A program made the translations under genes and the position numbers. Of a stretch of 64,000 bases of DNA, positions 19,434 through 29,302 are shown piece by piece. The DNA is from an uncultured Pelagibacteraceae bacterium (GTDB lineage Bacteria > Pseudomonadota > Alphaproteobacteria > Pelagibacterales > Pelagibacteraceae): NCBI GenBank assembly GCA_902589155.1, contig CACIRV010000001.1, positions 95,815 to 159,814 on the forward strand. The letters are read 5' to 3'. Position 1 is the first letter of the stretch, and the number at the start of each line of letters is the position of its first letter. Below the pieces are notes generated by a model. It had not been told where the DNA came from and ran no database searches. It saw nothing but the letters and a program-made list of their open reading frames with translations.

Positions 19434-19561
19434 TAGGCAATTTTTTATTTAAAATTTTGATTACTAATCTTTTTAGATTTATGACATTTTTGAATTTTTC
19501 AAAAAATAAAGTGAATAAAACTAAGAAAAAAAGTCAAAATTACAAATATACAATGCATTAA
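19430..19561 (+). CDS. Small 43-aa ORF MIGNFLFKILITNLFRFMTFLNFSKNKVNKTKKKSQNYKYTMH (not in ORF track)
   Basis: ATG overlaps the upstream TGA (ATGA); hydrophobic N-half and basic C-half; fills the gap. Confidence 0.55.
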   Translation: MIGNFLFKILITNLFRFMTFLNFSKNKVNKTKKKSQNYKYTMH

Positions 19562-19563
19562 AA

Positions 19564-19686
19564 ATGTCTTTAAGGAAAATAATTTTTAAATTTTTTTTTT
19601 TAATAAATAAAATATTTTTTATTTTTTTTAAAAAAAAAAAGTACTACAAAAAACTATCTAAAAAAGATCTTCAAAAAGATTTTTAA
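19564..19686 (+). CDS. Small 40-aa ORF MSLRKIIFKFFFLINKIFFIFFKKKKYYKKLSKKDLQKDF (not in ORF track)
   Basis: Starts 2 nt after the previous stop and ends 8 nt before the carbamoyltransferase; spans long T and A runs. Confidence 0.4.
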   Translation: MSLRKIIFKFFFLINKIFFIFFKKKKYYKKLSKKDLQKDF

Positions 19687-19694
19687 AACATTTA

Positions 19695-21461
19695 ATGAAA
19701 ATTCTTGGTATTTCTAGTTTTTTTCATGATTCTGCTGCTGCATTAATTGATGGGTCAGACGTGGTAGCTGCAGCCGAAGAAGAGAGATTTTCTAGAATAA
19801 AACATGACAATAGTTTTCCAATAAATAGTATAAAATTTGTATTAAAAGTCGCAAATATTTCAATACACGAGGTGGATTATATTGTTTTTTATGAAAAACC
19901 TATTTTAAAGTTACATAGAATTTTATTAACAAATAGCAAAAATATATTTAAAAATTTAGACTCGCAATTTGAACTTTTAAGAAGTTGGGATAAAAATAAA
20001 ATTTCTACAAGAAATTTTATTTCCAATGTTCTAGGAGTAAATAAGAAAAAAATTTTATTTTTTGAACATCACTTTTCGCATGCCGCAAGTGCTTTTTACT
20101 GTTCTGGTTTCAACTCGTCAGACCTATATACTTCAGACGCCGTCGGTGAATGGTGCACAACAACTTATGGAAATACAAAAAATAAAGAGCTGATAAGGTC
20201 TGGAAGAGTCAACTTTCCTGACTCAATCGGACTTCTTTATACTGCTTTTACTGAATTTTTAGGTTTTGAAGTTAATGAGGGAGAGTACAAGGTAATGGGC
20301 ATGGCGCCTTATGGCAAACCTATTTATCAAGAAAAAATAGATAAATTATTTAAAAAAAAAGGTTTAAATTTTGAATTAGATCAATCTTATTTCAATTTTA
20401 ATATTGAGTCCGGATCAAACTTAACTCAAAAATTTATTGAGGAATTTGGAAAAAAAAGAGAAATCGGAGATAGCTTCTATTTAAAAAATTTTTCAGAAGA
20501 TCTGTCTACCGAAGAAATTTTTGATAAAAAATTGATTAACTCAAAAAGTCAATATTTTGCTGACATTGCTTCAAGCTTACAAACTTATTTAGAAAATTTT
20601 ACACTTGAAAACATAAAACAAATTAAGCAAGAAAATGGTGATGAGAATTTATGCTATGCTGGTGGAGTAGCCTATAATAGTGCAATAAACTCTAAAATTA
20701 TAAGAAGCAAAATTTATAAAAATGTTTTTATCCAGCCAGCTGCTGGAGATTCAGGAGGTGCCTTAGGATGTGCACTTGGATCAAGTTATTTGTTGAAAGA
20801 AAAAAACTTTAATTATCAAAATACTTATTTAGGAAAAGGTTATAACCATCAAGAAATAAAAAAATGTTTAGAATTTAATTCAATTGATTATAATTACTAC
20901 GAAAAAGACGAAGATCTTAACAAAGAAGTATCAAATTTAATTTCTAATTCTATGGTGATTGGTTGGTTCCAAGGAAGATTTGAATTTGGCCCGAGAGCTC
21001 TTGGAAATCGAAGTATCTTAGCAGACCCAAGATACTTTAAAAATAAAAAAATAATTAATTCTAAAATAAAGTTTAGAGAAATATTTAGACCTTTTGCACC
21101 ATCAACATTAGATAAATACTTTAACGAATATTATGAAGTTAACTCAAATTGGAGACAGTGTGATCCCTACAGGTTTATGCTTTCAACAGTAGAAGTTAAA
21201 GAAAGTTTTAAATCAAAGCTTGCAGCAGTAACGCACGTGGACGGCACTGCTAGAGCACAATTGGTTTTAAAACAAGATAATGAAAAATTTTATAATTTAA
21301 TTGAAAGTTTTGGTGATTTGACAGGAATTTACACTTTATTAAATACCTCATTTAATAGAAAAGGAGAGCCGATAGTTAACACTCCGCAAGAAGCTTTAAA
21401 TGTTTTTTTATGGACAGATTTAGATGCTCTGGTTCTTGGTAATTTTTTAATAAAAAAATGA
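19695..21461 (+). CDS. NodU/CmcH-family O-carbamoyltransferase
   Basis: HDSAAAL, EEERFSR, EHHFSHA, EYKVMG, AGGVAYN, GPRALGNRSILA, LNTSFN. Confidence 0.93.
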   Translation: MKILGISSFFHDSAAALIDGSDVVAAAEEERFSRIKHDNSFPINSIKFVLKVANISIHEVDYIVFYEKPILKLHRILLTNSKNIFKNLDSQFELLRSWDKNKISTRNFISNVLGVNKKKILFFEHHFSHAASAFYCSGFNSSDLYTSDAVGEWCTTTYGNTKNKELIRSGRVNFPDSIGLLYTAFTEFLGFEVNEGEYKVMGMAPYGKPIYQEKIDKLFKKKGLNFELDQSYFNFNIESGSNLTQKFIEEFGKKREIGDSFYLKNFSEDLSTEEIFDKKLINSKSQYFADIASSLQTYLENFTLENIKQIKQENGDENLCYAGGVAYNSAINSKIIRSKIYKNVFIQPAAGDSGGALGCALGSSYLLKEKNFNYQNTYLGKGYNHQEIKKCLEFNSIDYNYYEKDEDLNKEVSNLISNSMVIGWFQGRFEFGPRALGNRSILADPRYFKNKKIINSKIKFREIFRPFAPSTLDKYFNEYYEVNSNWRQCDPYRFMLSTVEVKESFKSKLAAVTHVDGTARAQLVLKQDNEKFYNLIESFGDLTGIYTLLNTSFNRKGEPIVNTPQEALNVFLWTDLDALVLGNFLIKK

Positions 21462-22732
21462 TTTTACTATTATTAAAAATAATAAATAAATTTTTTAAAT
21501 TTAATACATTTAGCTTAGTAGTTGTACCATATGCGATTGGCACAATTTGCGAACATTTATTATTTGTAAGTTTATCTAAAAAAGAAGTAGAGAGAATATT
21601 GTTATTTTCACCTTACCTATTCCAGAAAAAACTTAATTACCAAAATTTTGTTTTAGAATTAAGTAAAGCTGTACTTTTTAAAAATAAAAAATTAAATGAA
21701 GGAATTTTTTTCAAATTTTTTAATTTTTTATTAAGTGTAGAATTTGCAATATACAGATTATTAATGACTTATATCTTTTTTGCAAAAAAGCCGTATTTTT
21801 GGGAAAATTATAACGAGACATTTGCTGATAACCCTAATGTAATTTTTGAAAATATTGATGAAAAATCGATAGATACTTTTAATATTATAAAATCTTCAAA
21901 CTTTTCTATTGAAAAAAAAATTGAGGAGAACTGTAAAAAAAAAATTAAAAATTATAATATTGACATTGAGGCAGATTTTATTTGTTTACATGTTAGAGAC
22001 GATAACTTCCACAATGATCAAGGTAGAAGAGATTTTAGAAATTCCAATATTGATAATTACTTGGAAATGATAAATTTTTTTAAAGAAAAAAACTTTAAAG
22101 TTTTTAGAATGGGCTTAAAAGCAAACAAAAAATTAAAAAATGCAGATAATATAGATATAATTGATTATCCATTCAGTGATTTCAATTCTAGAGAGTTTGA
22201 TTTTTTTTTAGCTAAAAATTGTAAATTCCATATTGCGGGAGGCGGGGGGTTCACTCAACTTCCGAATTTATTTAATAAACCATGCCTTTATACAAATGAT
22301 TATACAATTTATAATGAGATACCCCTAAACTCTCTAAGCAGAAAAGTTTTTAAAAAAATTAAGCATAAAGAGAGCAACAACTATCTAAATTTTATTGAAT
22401 ATTTAAATTTACCTTATGAGTATCATCATATTTCTTATAAGTATGAAAAACTAAAATTTGAAGAAAACTCTTCAGAAGAACTTGTTTTTTTTGGAAAAGA
22501 ATTTTTTGAAACAATACAAAAAGAAGAAAAACTTTCTCCAATTCAATTAAAATTTAATAGATATATATTAGACAAATACAAATTTATGCTTAAAGAATTT
22601 GGACTTAATAAAGATAATAAAAAAAACTTTCATATAGATGATATCAGAGGAGCTTATGCGAGATTAGGTCTTCTAAAAATTATGAAAGGATCTTTTAGTA
22701 ACAATTTTCTTAAAAAAAATTTTATCAGTTAA
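21458..22732 (+). CDS. Putative glycosyltransferase (TIGR04372-like)
   Basis: AIG, CLHVRD, FRNSNIDNY, VFRMG, IIDYP, EENS motifs. Confidence 0.7.
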   Translation: MILLLLKIINKFFKFNTFSLVVVPYAIGTICEHLLFVSLSKKEVERILLFSPYLFQKKLNYQNFVLELSKAVLFKNKKLNEGIFFKFFNFLLSVEFAIYRLLMTYIFFAKKPYFWENYNETFADNPNVIFENIDEKSIDTFNIIKSSNFSIEKKIEENCKKKIKNYNIDIEADFICLHVRDDNFHNDQGRRDFRNSNIDNYLEMINFFKEKNFKVFRMGLKANKKLKNADNIDIIDYPFSDFNSREFDFFLAKNCKFHIAGGGGFTQLPNLFNKPCLYTNDYTIYNEIPLNSLSRKVFKKIKHKESNNYLNFIEYLNLPYEYHHISYKYEKLKFEENSSEELVFFGKEFFETIQKEEKLSPIQLKFNRYILDKYKFMLKEFGLNKDNKKNFHIDDIRGAYARLGLLKIMKGSFSNNFLKKNFIS

Positions 22733-22773
22733 ATTCATAAAATTTATATTACAAAAATTTATTCTAACCAAAA

Positions 22774-23955
22774 ATGAAAAAAGAATTATTATTCTTATAT
22801 CCCTATAAATTTACTGATTTTGAGTATTTTAAATTAGAAATAGAAAAATATAAAAAATTAAATTACAAAGTTTTAATTAATGATCTCTCAGAAATTATTG
22901 CCAGCAAATCACTTAATAAGGCTTGGAAAAGTAAAAGATCAAAAGCTGCTATTGTTCAGAATTCAATTTTACATTTTTATAACTTCCTTAAAAAAAAGAA
23001 AAAAAATTTAGTTATAATAAATTTAATGCAAAATCATTATAATTTTAAGTCATTTTTAATTTTAATAATAATAAAACTATTGAGGATTAAACAGCTTTTT
23101 ATATTCGATGATCCTCCACCTTATATTAGTCAAAAAAAGGTAAGTAGATTTAAATGGATTAAGTCTAAGTTAAAGGAACATAAACTTAATTATAAATTAT
23201 ATTTTTTCTATTTAAATTTTTTTATTTTTAAGTTTTTAATTAAATTAATTAAAAATAAAGATGAAATTACTTTTTCTAATCAGAAACTAAATAAAACTGA
23301 TACAAAACTTATTAATTTTTTTGATTATTCAAACTGTCTAGAGCCTTCAAATATAAAACCTTCGTATAAAAATTATTGCTTATATCTTGATAATGGTGGT
23401 CCATATTTTCGAGGTGATACAGACGTAAAAAATAATTATCTCCCTAATCATAATATTAGAAAAATTTATGGAGATATAATTGAATTTTTAAAAAAAATTG
23501 AGTCAGATTTTAAATGTAAGGTTATTATAATTCCTCATCCAAAATACAAGTCTTCAAAAAAAAATTTTTCTTTTAATCCTTATTTTAAAGAATTTATAAT
23601 TGATAATAGACCTAACGCTTTAAATATTTTATCAAAAAAAACAAAATTTTTTTTAGCAAAAGGTACCACAGCTTTTTCCTACGCTGTTGTAAACAATAAA
23701 CCTATAGTCAACATTTTTTCAAGTGACCATGAGTATGAGTCAGAGGAGATAATGACAATTCTAGATTATGCAAAAATAATTGGAAATACTGCTTACAATA
23801 TAAAAAATTACAGTAAAAAATCATTCTCTAAAAAATTAACTGTTTCAAGAAGTGCTTATAAAAAAGTTATATTTACTTACTTAAGCCATAAAAATACATT
23901 ATATACGCCTAACTATAAATTAATTTCAAACCACATTGAGAAGATTAGCATATGA
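22774..23955 (+). CDS. Hypothetical protein, possible nonulosonic-acid transferase
   Basis: YLD and IIPHPK (HP) motifs followed by a TT/AVVNNKP segment as in sialyltransferase-like proteins; lies among Leg genes. Confidence 0.5.
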   Translation: MKKELLFLYPYKFTDFEYFKLEIEKYKKLNYKVLINDLSEIIASKSLNKAWKSKRSKAAIVQNSILHFYNFLKKKKKNLVIINLMQNHYNFKSFLILIIIKLLRIKQLFIFDDPPPYISQKKVSRFKWIKSKLKEHKLNYKLYFFYLNFFIFKFLIKLIKNKDEITFSNQKLNKTDTKLINFFDYSNCLEPSNIKPSYKNYCLYLDNGGPYFRGDTDVKNNYLPNHNIRKIYGDIIEFLKKIESDFKCKVIIIPHPKYKSSKKNFSFNPYFKEFIIDNRPNALNILSKKTKFFLAKGTTAFSYAVVNNKPIVNIFSSDHEYESEEIMTILDYAKIIGNTAYNIKNYSKKSFSKKLTVSRSAYKKVIFTYLSHKNTLYTPNYKLISNHIEKISI

Positions 23956-24797
23956 AGAAACCAGTAAGAATCATACCTATGCTAGAAATTAAGAATGGCT
24001 TGTTAATTAAAGGTATAAATTTTGAGGGATTTAGAGTCCTAGGTAATGCTAGAGATTTTGCACAATTATATTATTCACATGGTGCTGACGAGATATGCTA
24101 CCAAGATAGTGTAGCCACACTTTTTGGAACAAGTAACTTAATAAAATTTGTCAGTGAAACAGCTAAAAATGTTTTTGTGCCCTTAACGGTTGGAGGGGGT
24201 ATTAGAAGCATTAAAGATGCATCTGACATGTTCAAAGCAGGCGCAGATAAAGTCTTACTTAATTCTGCTGCAATTGATAATGTTAAGTTATTAAAAAAAG
24301 CCTCTAAAATCTTTGGATCTTCTAATATCACAATTATAATTCAAGCAATCAAAATAGACAAAAAATATTATATAAGTAAATCTAACGGTAGAGATCTTGT
24401 AAATATTGATCCAGTGGAATGGGCACAAAAAGTAGAGGAGTTCGGGGCTGGAGAGATAATTATTACAGCAATAAATAATGAAGGTTTAAAAAAAGGTTTT
24501 GATATTCCTTTAACTAAAAAGATTGTAGAAAAAGTTTCTATACCAGTTATAGCTCATGGTGGAGCTGGTAATTTTGGGCATATTTATGACGTAATAAAAA
24601 ATGCGAAAGTAAGCGGAGTAGGAATTGCCTCGATATTACATTACGAAGCAATTAAATTTTTGCCAAAAGTAAAAACAAAAATTGGGAATACACTTTATTT
24701 AGATAGCGTTAAAAAAATTTCAAAACACTTAAACACAATACTTAAAATAAAAAAATTTTTAAAAAAAAAAGGAGTAATTATAAGAGATGATAAATAA
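23952..24797 (+). CDS. HisF-like cyclase subunit of sugar amidotransferase system (WbuZ-like)
   Basis: RIIPML, GADE, VPLTVGGGIRS, GADKV, GAGEI; next to HisH and WbuX homologues, so not the housekeeping his operon. Confidence 0.85.
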   Translation: MKKPVRIIPMLEIKNGLLIKGINFEGFRVLGNARDFAQLYYSHGADEICYQDSVATLFGTSNLIKFVSETAKNVFVPLTVGGGIRSIKDASDMFKAGADKVLLNSAAIDNVKLLKKASKIFGSSNITIIIQAIKIDKKYYISKSNGRDLVNIDPVEWAQKVEEFGAGEIIITAINNEGLKKGFDIPLTKKIVEKVSIPVIAHGGAGNFGHIYDVIKNAKVSGVGIASILHYEAIKFLPKVKTKIGNTLYLDSVKKISKHLNTILKIKKFLKKKGVIIRDDK

Positions 24798-25425
24798 AAG
24801 ATTATCCGCAGGAATAATTGATTTAAAGTTTAATAACTTATTTAGCATTTATAAAGCTTGTATAAAAGCTGGTTTTAGAACTTCAATAATATCAACTAAG
24901 CAAAAAACTTTAAATTATGATTTTGTTATTATTCCAGGTGTAGGAGCATTTAAATCGGGTATGAATGTTCTTAAAAAAAATAAGTATGACGAAAAAATTT
25001 CTAATTATTTGTTAAAACCAAATTCATTTATCTATGGAATTTGTCTAGGTATGCAATTACTTTTTGAAAAAAGCTTTGAATTTGGTTCAACTAAAGGTCT
25101 AGGCTTAATTAAAGGAAATATACCAGAATTACAGAAAAAAAATAAAAAAATGAAAACAAATATGGGATGGTGTAAAACAAAATTTTTAGAGAAAAAAAGC
25201 AAATTAAGTTTTAAAAATTTTAATAATAAACATTTTTATTTTGTTCATTCTTACTATGCAAATCCAGCTAACAATTCGGATATTTTGGCAAAAACTTTTC
25301 ACGGTAATTTTGAATTTACTTCAGTAGTCAAAAAAAATAATATTTTGGGTACACAATTTCATCCTGAAAAAAGTGGAAATTTAGGTATAGAATTTTTAAG
25401 AAATTTAAAGAAATATAAAAATTAA
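24787..25425 (+). CDS. HisH-like glutamine amidotransferase (WbuY-like)
   Basis: PGVGAF, GICLGMQ, YFVHSY, QFHPEKS. Confidence 0.88.
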   Translation: MINKRLSAGIIDLKFNNLFSIYKACIKAGFRTSIISTKQKTLNYDFVIIPGVGAFKSGMNVLKKNKYDEKISNYLLKPNSFIYGICLGMQLLFEKSFEFGSTKGLGLIKGNIPELQKKNKKMKTNMGWCKTKFLEKKSKLSFKNFNNKHFYFVHSYYANPANNSDILAKTFHGNFEFTSVVKKNNILGTQFHPEKSGNLGIEFLRNLKKYKN

Positions 25426-26643
25426 ATGAAATTAAAAACATTTTACGGACTACCAGAAAAAGTTTTATTTTGTAAAAAAAGTTTGACCTCAAATCAAACT
25501 CCAACTTCAACCCAGGAGTTTAAACATACTATTAAATCTAAAAAAAAAACTATGTTTATAGATAAAAATGGTATTTCTGATCCTTGGAAATATTCAAGAA
25601 TTAAAAAAAGAATAGATTATAAACAAAGAGAAAAACAACTTTTAAAACTTCTTGAGAAACATAGAGGAAAAAGAGAATTTGATTGCGTTGTTCCAGGCAG
25701 TGGGGGTAAAGATAGTTGTTATGCAGCTCATATTTTAAAATATAAATATGGCATGAATCCTTTATTAGTAACTTGGTCACCTAACTTATATACTAACTAT
25801 GGATATAAAAATTTTAAAAATTGGATTAGTTCAGGCCCATTCAAATGTATTTCATCTAAAAGAAACGAAAAATTGTTAAAAACTCTCACTAAATTATCTA
25901 TTAAAAATTTATTACATCCTTTTCAAAGCTTTATTTTAGGTCAAAAAGCATTTCCTCCAAAAATTGCTGAAAAATATAAAATACCTTTAGTTTTTTATGG
26001 AGAAAACGAGGCTGAACACCATAATGCATTAGCAGATAACAGAAGTTTTTTAAGAAGTAAATCTTATCACGCTTACAATAATTTATCTGAGATAAGATTA
26101 GGAGGTATAAAAATCAATGAACTAATGAGAGATTATAACTTTAAGCTTAAAGATTTTGAACCTTTCCTACCCTTAAGAGCAGAGAAACTTGAAAAATTCC
26201 CATTAGAAGTTCATTACTTAGGTTATTACCTTAAATGGATTCCGCAAGAAACATTTTACTATGCTGTTGAAAATTGTAATTTTAGACCCAGACCTTTTCG
26301 AACAGAAGGGACTTACTCAAAATACAATAGCATAGATGATAAGATTGATGATCTTCACTATTATACTACTTTTATTAAGTTTGGTATTGGTAGGGCAACT
26401 TATGACGTCTCGCAAGAACTAAGGAATGATCATTTAACTATAGAGGAAGGCAAGAAGCTCATCAAAAAATATGATGGTGAATTTCCTTATCATTATTTTT
26501 CTGAAACAATGAAATATTATGGTATTAATGAAAATTACTTTATAAAGCTTTGTGATAAATTTAGATCTCCACACCTATGGAAAAAAATTGGGAAAAAATG
26601 GCATCTAAGACATACCGTTAACAAGGATGGGACAGATGACTAA
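25426..26643 (+). CDS. N-acetyl sugar amidotransferase (WbuX/PseA/PtmG family)
   Basis: PP-loop SGGKDS, FYGEN, KFGIGRAT. Confidence 0.88.
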   Translation: MKLKTFYGLPEKVLFCKKSLTSNQTPTSTQEFKHTIKSKKKTMFIDKNGISDPWKYSRIKKRIDYKQREKQLLKLLEKHRGKREFDCVVPGSGGKDSCYAAHILKYKYGMNPLLVTWSPNLYTNYGYKNFKNWISSGPFKCISSKRNEKLLKTLTKLSIKNLLHPFQSFILGQKAFPPKIAEKYKIPLVFYGENEAEHHNALADNRSFLRSKSYHAYNNLSEIRLGGIKINELMRDYNFKLKDFEPFLPLRAEKLEKFPLEVHYLGYYLKWIPQETFYYAVENCNFRPRPFRTEGTYSKYNSIDDKIDDLHYYTTFIKFGIGRATYDVSQELRNDHLTIEEGKKLIKKYDGEFPYHYFSETMKYYGINENYFIKLCDKFRSPHLWKKIGKKWHLRHTVNKDGTDD

Positions 26644-27700
26644 AAAAAATTTTAAAAAGTATTTTATAGATCATAACTCAAAAACTATTAATGCATTTAA
26701 AAAGATTAATAAAATGAGAGGTCAATCCCTAGTGGTTGTTTCAAATAATAAATTTTTGAAAGGTATTCTTAGTTTTGCTGACATAAGAAAAGCAGTAATG
26801 AATCATAATATAACTAATGAAAAAATAAATAAAATCTATAATAAAAAACCAAGATTTATATTTTCAGACGAAATTCAGGAAAAAATTAAAAATATATCTC
26901 TTAATGTTAAAAAGTTGAGCATTATTCCTATAATTGATCGTAAAACAAAAAAAATAACTGATGTTCTTGATTCAGAAAAGTTAAATTTATTTAATAATAA
27001 GAAAAAAAATAAAAAATTAAATCTTAATGTTATTATAATGGCCGGTGGAAAAGGTACTAGATTAATGCCTTATACTTCAGTATTACCAAAACCTCTTTTG
27101 CCTATTAACCAAAAGCCTACTATAAATCATATTATTGATAGGTTTATGAAGTATAGTATTGAAAAATTTTTTGTAACACTTAATTACAAGTCTGAAATTT
27201 TAAAAACATATTTAAAAGATCTTAGTAAAATTAATCATTTAATAATAGTACAAGAGAAAAAACCCTTAGGAACAGCAGGAAGCTTATTTTTAATTAAAAA
27301 TAAAATTAAAAATGATTTTTTCTTAACTAATTGTGACACAATTATTAATGATAATTATAATGAAATTTACAAGCATCACAAATTGAAAAAAAATGATATT
27401 ACAATAGTTGCTGCTGCAAAAAAGTTTAAAATTCCTTATGGAGTTTGCGATACTAAAGAAAATACTTTTATAATGAAAGAGAAGCCAGCATTAAAATATA
27501 ATGTAAATACCGGCTTCTACATAATTTCTAAAAATTGTTTAAAAATTTTAAAAAAAAAAGAATACTTAGATTTCAATGATTTTATATTAAAGTGTAAAAA
27601 ACATAATAAGAAGATTGGAATTTTCAAAATAAGAGAAAAAAGTTGGATAGATGTTGGACAAATGCAGGAATACAAAACTAACTTGAATAAAGATATTTAA
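26627..27700 (+). CDS. CBS-domain nucleotidyltransferase (PtmE-like)
   Basis: N-terminal CBS pair; MAGGKGTRL.P.T..LPKPL, EKKPLGTAG, WIDVG. Confidence 0.85.
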   Translation: MGQMTKKNFKKYFIDHNSKTINAFKKINKMRGQSLVVVSNNKFLKGILSFADIRKAVMNHNITNEKINKIYNKKPRFIFSDEIQEKIKNISLNVKKLSIIPIIDRKTKKITDVLDSEKLNLFNNKKKNKKLNLNVIIMAGGKGTRLMPYTSVLPKPLLPINQKPTINHIIDRFMKYSIEKFFVTLNYKSEILKTYLKDLSKINHLIIVQEKKPLGTAGSLFLIKNKIKNDFFLTNCDTIINDNYNEIYKHHKLKKNDITIVAAAKKFKIPYGVCDTKENTFIMKEKPALKYNVNTGFYIISKNCLKILKKKEYLDFNDFILKCKKHNKKIGIFKIREKSWIDVGQMQEYKTNLNKDI

Positions 27701-27704
27701 AAAA

Positions 27705-28616
27705 TTGAAAAAAAAAGTTCTTATATTTGGTTTTGGCTCAATCGGTGCAAAACATGCAAATTTATTGCCAAAATTAAAAAAAATTTCTAATGTTCTGATT
27801 TTTTCTAGCAGAAGAAGAAGTAGTAGTAAATTTAAATCAACAAGCAATATTAAAGAAATATTACAATATAATCCAGATTATATCCTAGTTTGTTCTGAAA
27901 CTTATCTGCACCACCGATCTATAAAAATAATTGAAAAAAATTTTAAAAATAAGATTGTATTGGTTGAAAAACCACTTTTTCATAAACCCATAAAATTAAG
28001 TTTTAAAAATAATAAATATTATGTAGGGTATAATTTAAGATTTCATCCAGTAATTAAATTTTTAAAAAAAAAGATAAAAAAAAATGATATTTTTGCTGTA
28101 TCTATTTTTTGCAATTCGTTTTTACCAAGATGGAGAAGAAATATAGATTATTATAATTCTTATTCTTCATCAAAAAAAAGAGGCGGAGGTGTTCTTTTAG
28201 ATTTAAGCCATGAAATTGACTATTTACAATGGCTTTTGGGCAGAGTTGATAAGATTGAATATAAAAAAATAAAAAGAATATCAAATTTAAAAATAAAATC
28301 AGAAGATACTGCTCAAGTCATTGGTAAGATTAAAAATATAAATTTTTATTTAAATTTGACTTATTTTTCAAGATTTGAAGAAAGACGAATTATAATTGAT
28401 AGTAAAAAAGAAACAATAATAGGTGATTTAATAAACTGTAATATTAAAATTATCAATAACAACAATCTAAAAATCATTAAATTTAAAAATAATATGAGCC
28501 AAACCTATGTGGATCAACATTTGGCTATTTTGAATAATCAGTCAGAAAATCTTTGCAACATTGAAGATGCAAAACACACCGTATCCTTTATAGAAAAACT
28601 AAAAAAAAAAATATGA
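27705..28616 (+). CDS. Gfo/Idh/MocA oxidoreductase (PtmF-like)
   Basis: GFGSIG, VEKP, GYNLRFHP, GGGVLLDLSHEID; TTG start. Confidence 0.85.
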   Translation: MKKKVLIFGFGSIGAKHANLLPKLKKISNVLIFSSRRRSSSKFKSTSNIKEILQYNPDYILVCSETYLHHRSIKIIEKNFKNKIVLVEKPLFHKPIKLSFKNNKYYVGYNLRFHPVIKFLKKKIKKNDIFAVSIFCNSFLPRWRRNIDYYNSYSSSKKRGGGVLLDLSHEIDYLQWLLGRVDKIEYKKIKRISNLKIKSEDTAQVIGKIKNINFYLNLTYFSRFEERRIIIDSKKETIIGDLINCNIKIINNNNLKIIKFKNNMSQTYVDQHLAILNNQSENLCNIEDAKHTVSFIEKLKKKI

Positions 28617-29302
28617 TAATTTTAGGTGCCATCTTTGCTCGTGGAGATTCCAAAGGTATTAAAAACAAAAACCTCTTAAAGTTTAAAAATAAAACACTTG
28701 TAGGCCATGCAGTAAACCAAGGTTATAATTCTAAACTTATCAAAAGAGTTTATATTTCTTCTGATAGCAAAAAAATTATTAATGAAGCTAAAAAATATAA
28801 AGCTATTGTCCCATTTAAAAGACCAAAATCGCTTTCCTCTGACACAGCCAAGCATATACATGTATGGAGACATTTCATTAACCATCTTAAAAAGAATAAA
28901 ATAAATGTAGATTATATTGTCGATATTCCAACATGTACTCCTCTAAGGGATATATCCGATTTAGATAAATGTATAAAATTAGCAGTTAGAAAGAATTTAG
29001 ATATGGTTCATACGATAACTAAGTCAAGCAAAAATCCATATTTCAACATGCTGGAAAAAAAAGGTAAAAAATTTAAAATTATCAAAACTCCTAAAAAAAA
29101 AATCTCAAGGAGGCAAGATGCTCCAGAGTGTTTTAATTTAGCTAATGTATGTTATGTTTTCAAACCTAACTATATCTTAAAAACTAAAGACTTTTTGTCT
29201 GGAAAAGTAGGCTTTATTGAAATTCCCAAAGAAAGAGCTGTCGATATAGATGATAAAATTGATTATAAAGTTGTATCAACTTTATCCAAAAATAAAAGAT
29301 GA
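28613..29302 (+). CDS. neuA: CMP-nonulosonic acid synthetase (NeuA/PtmB/LegF-like)
   Basis: ARGDSKGIKNKN, RRQD, DIDD motifs. Confidence 0.88.
   Translation: MIILGAIFARGDSKGIKNKNLLKFKNKTLVGHAVNQGYNSKLIKRVYISSDSKKIINEAKKYKAIVPFKRPKSLSSDTAKHIHVWRHFINHLKKNKINVDYIVDIPTCTPLRDISDLDKCIKLAVRKNLDMVHTITKSSKNPYFNMLEKKGKKFKIIKTPKKKISRRQDAPECFNLANVCYVFKPNYILKTKDFLSGKVGFIEIPKERAVDIDDKIDYKVVSTLSKNKR

Noticed and set aside
23952-25425. hisF/hisH as histidine biosynthesis genes
   Set aside because: They are adjacent to a WbuX-family amidotransferase inside a glycan island with no other his genes, so they are ammonia-supplying paralogues
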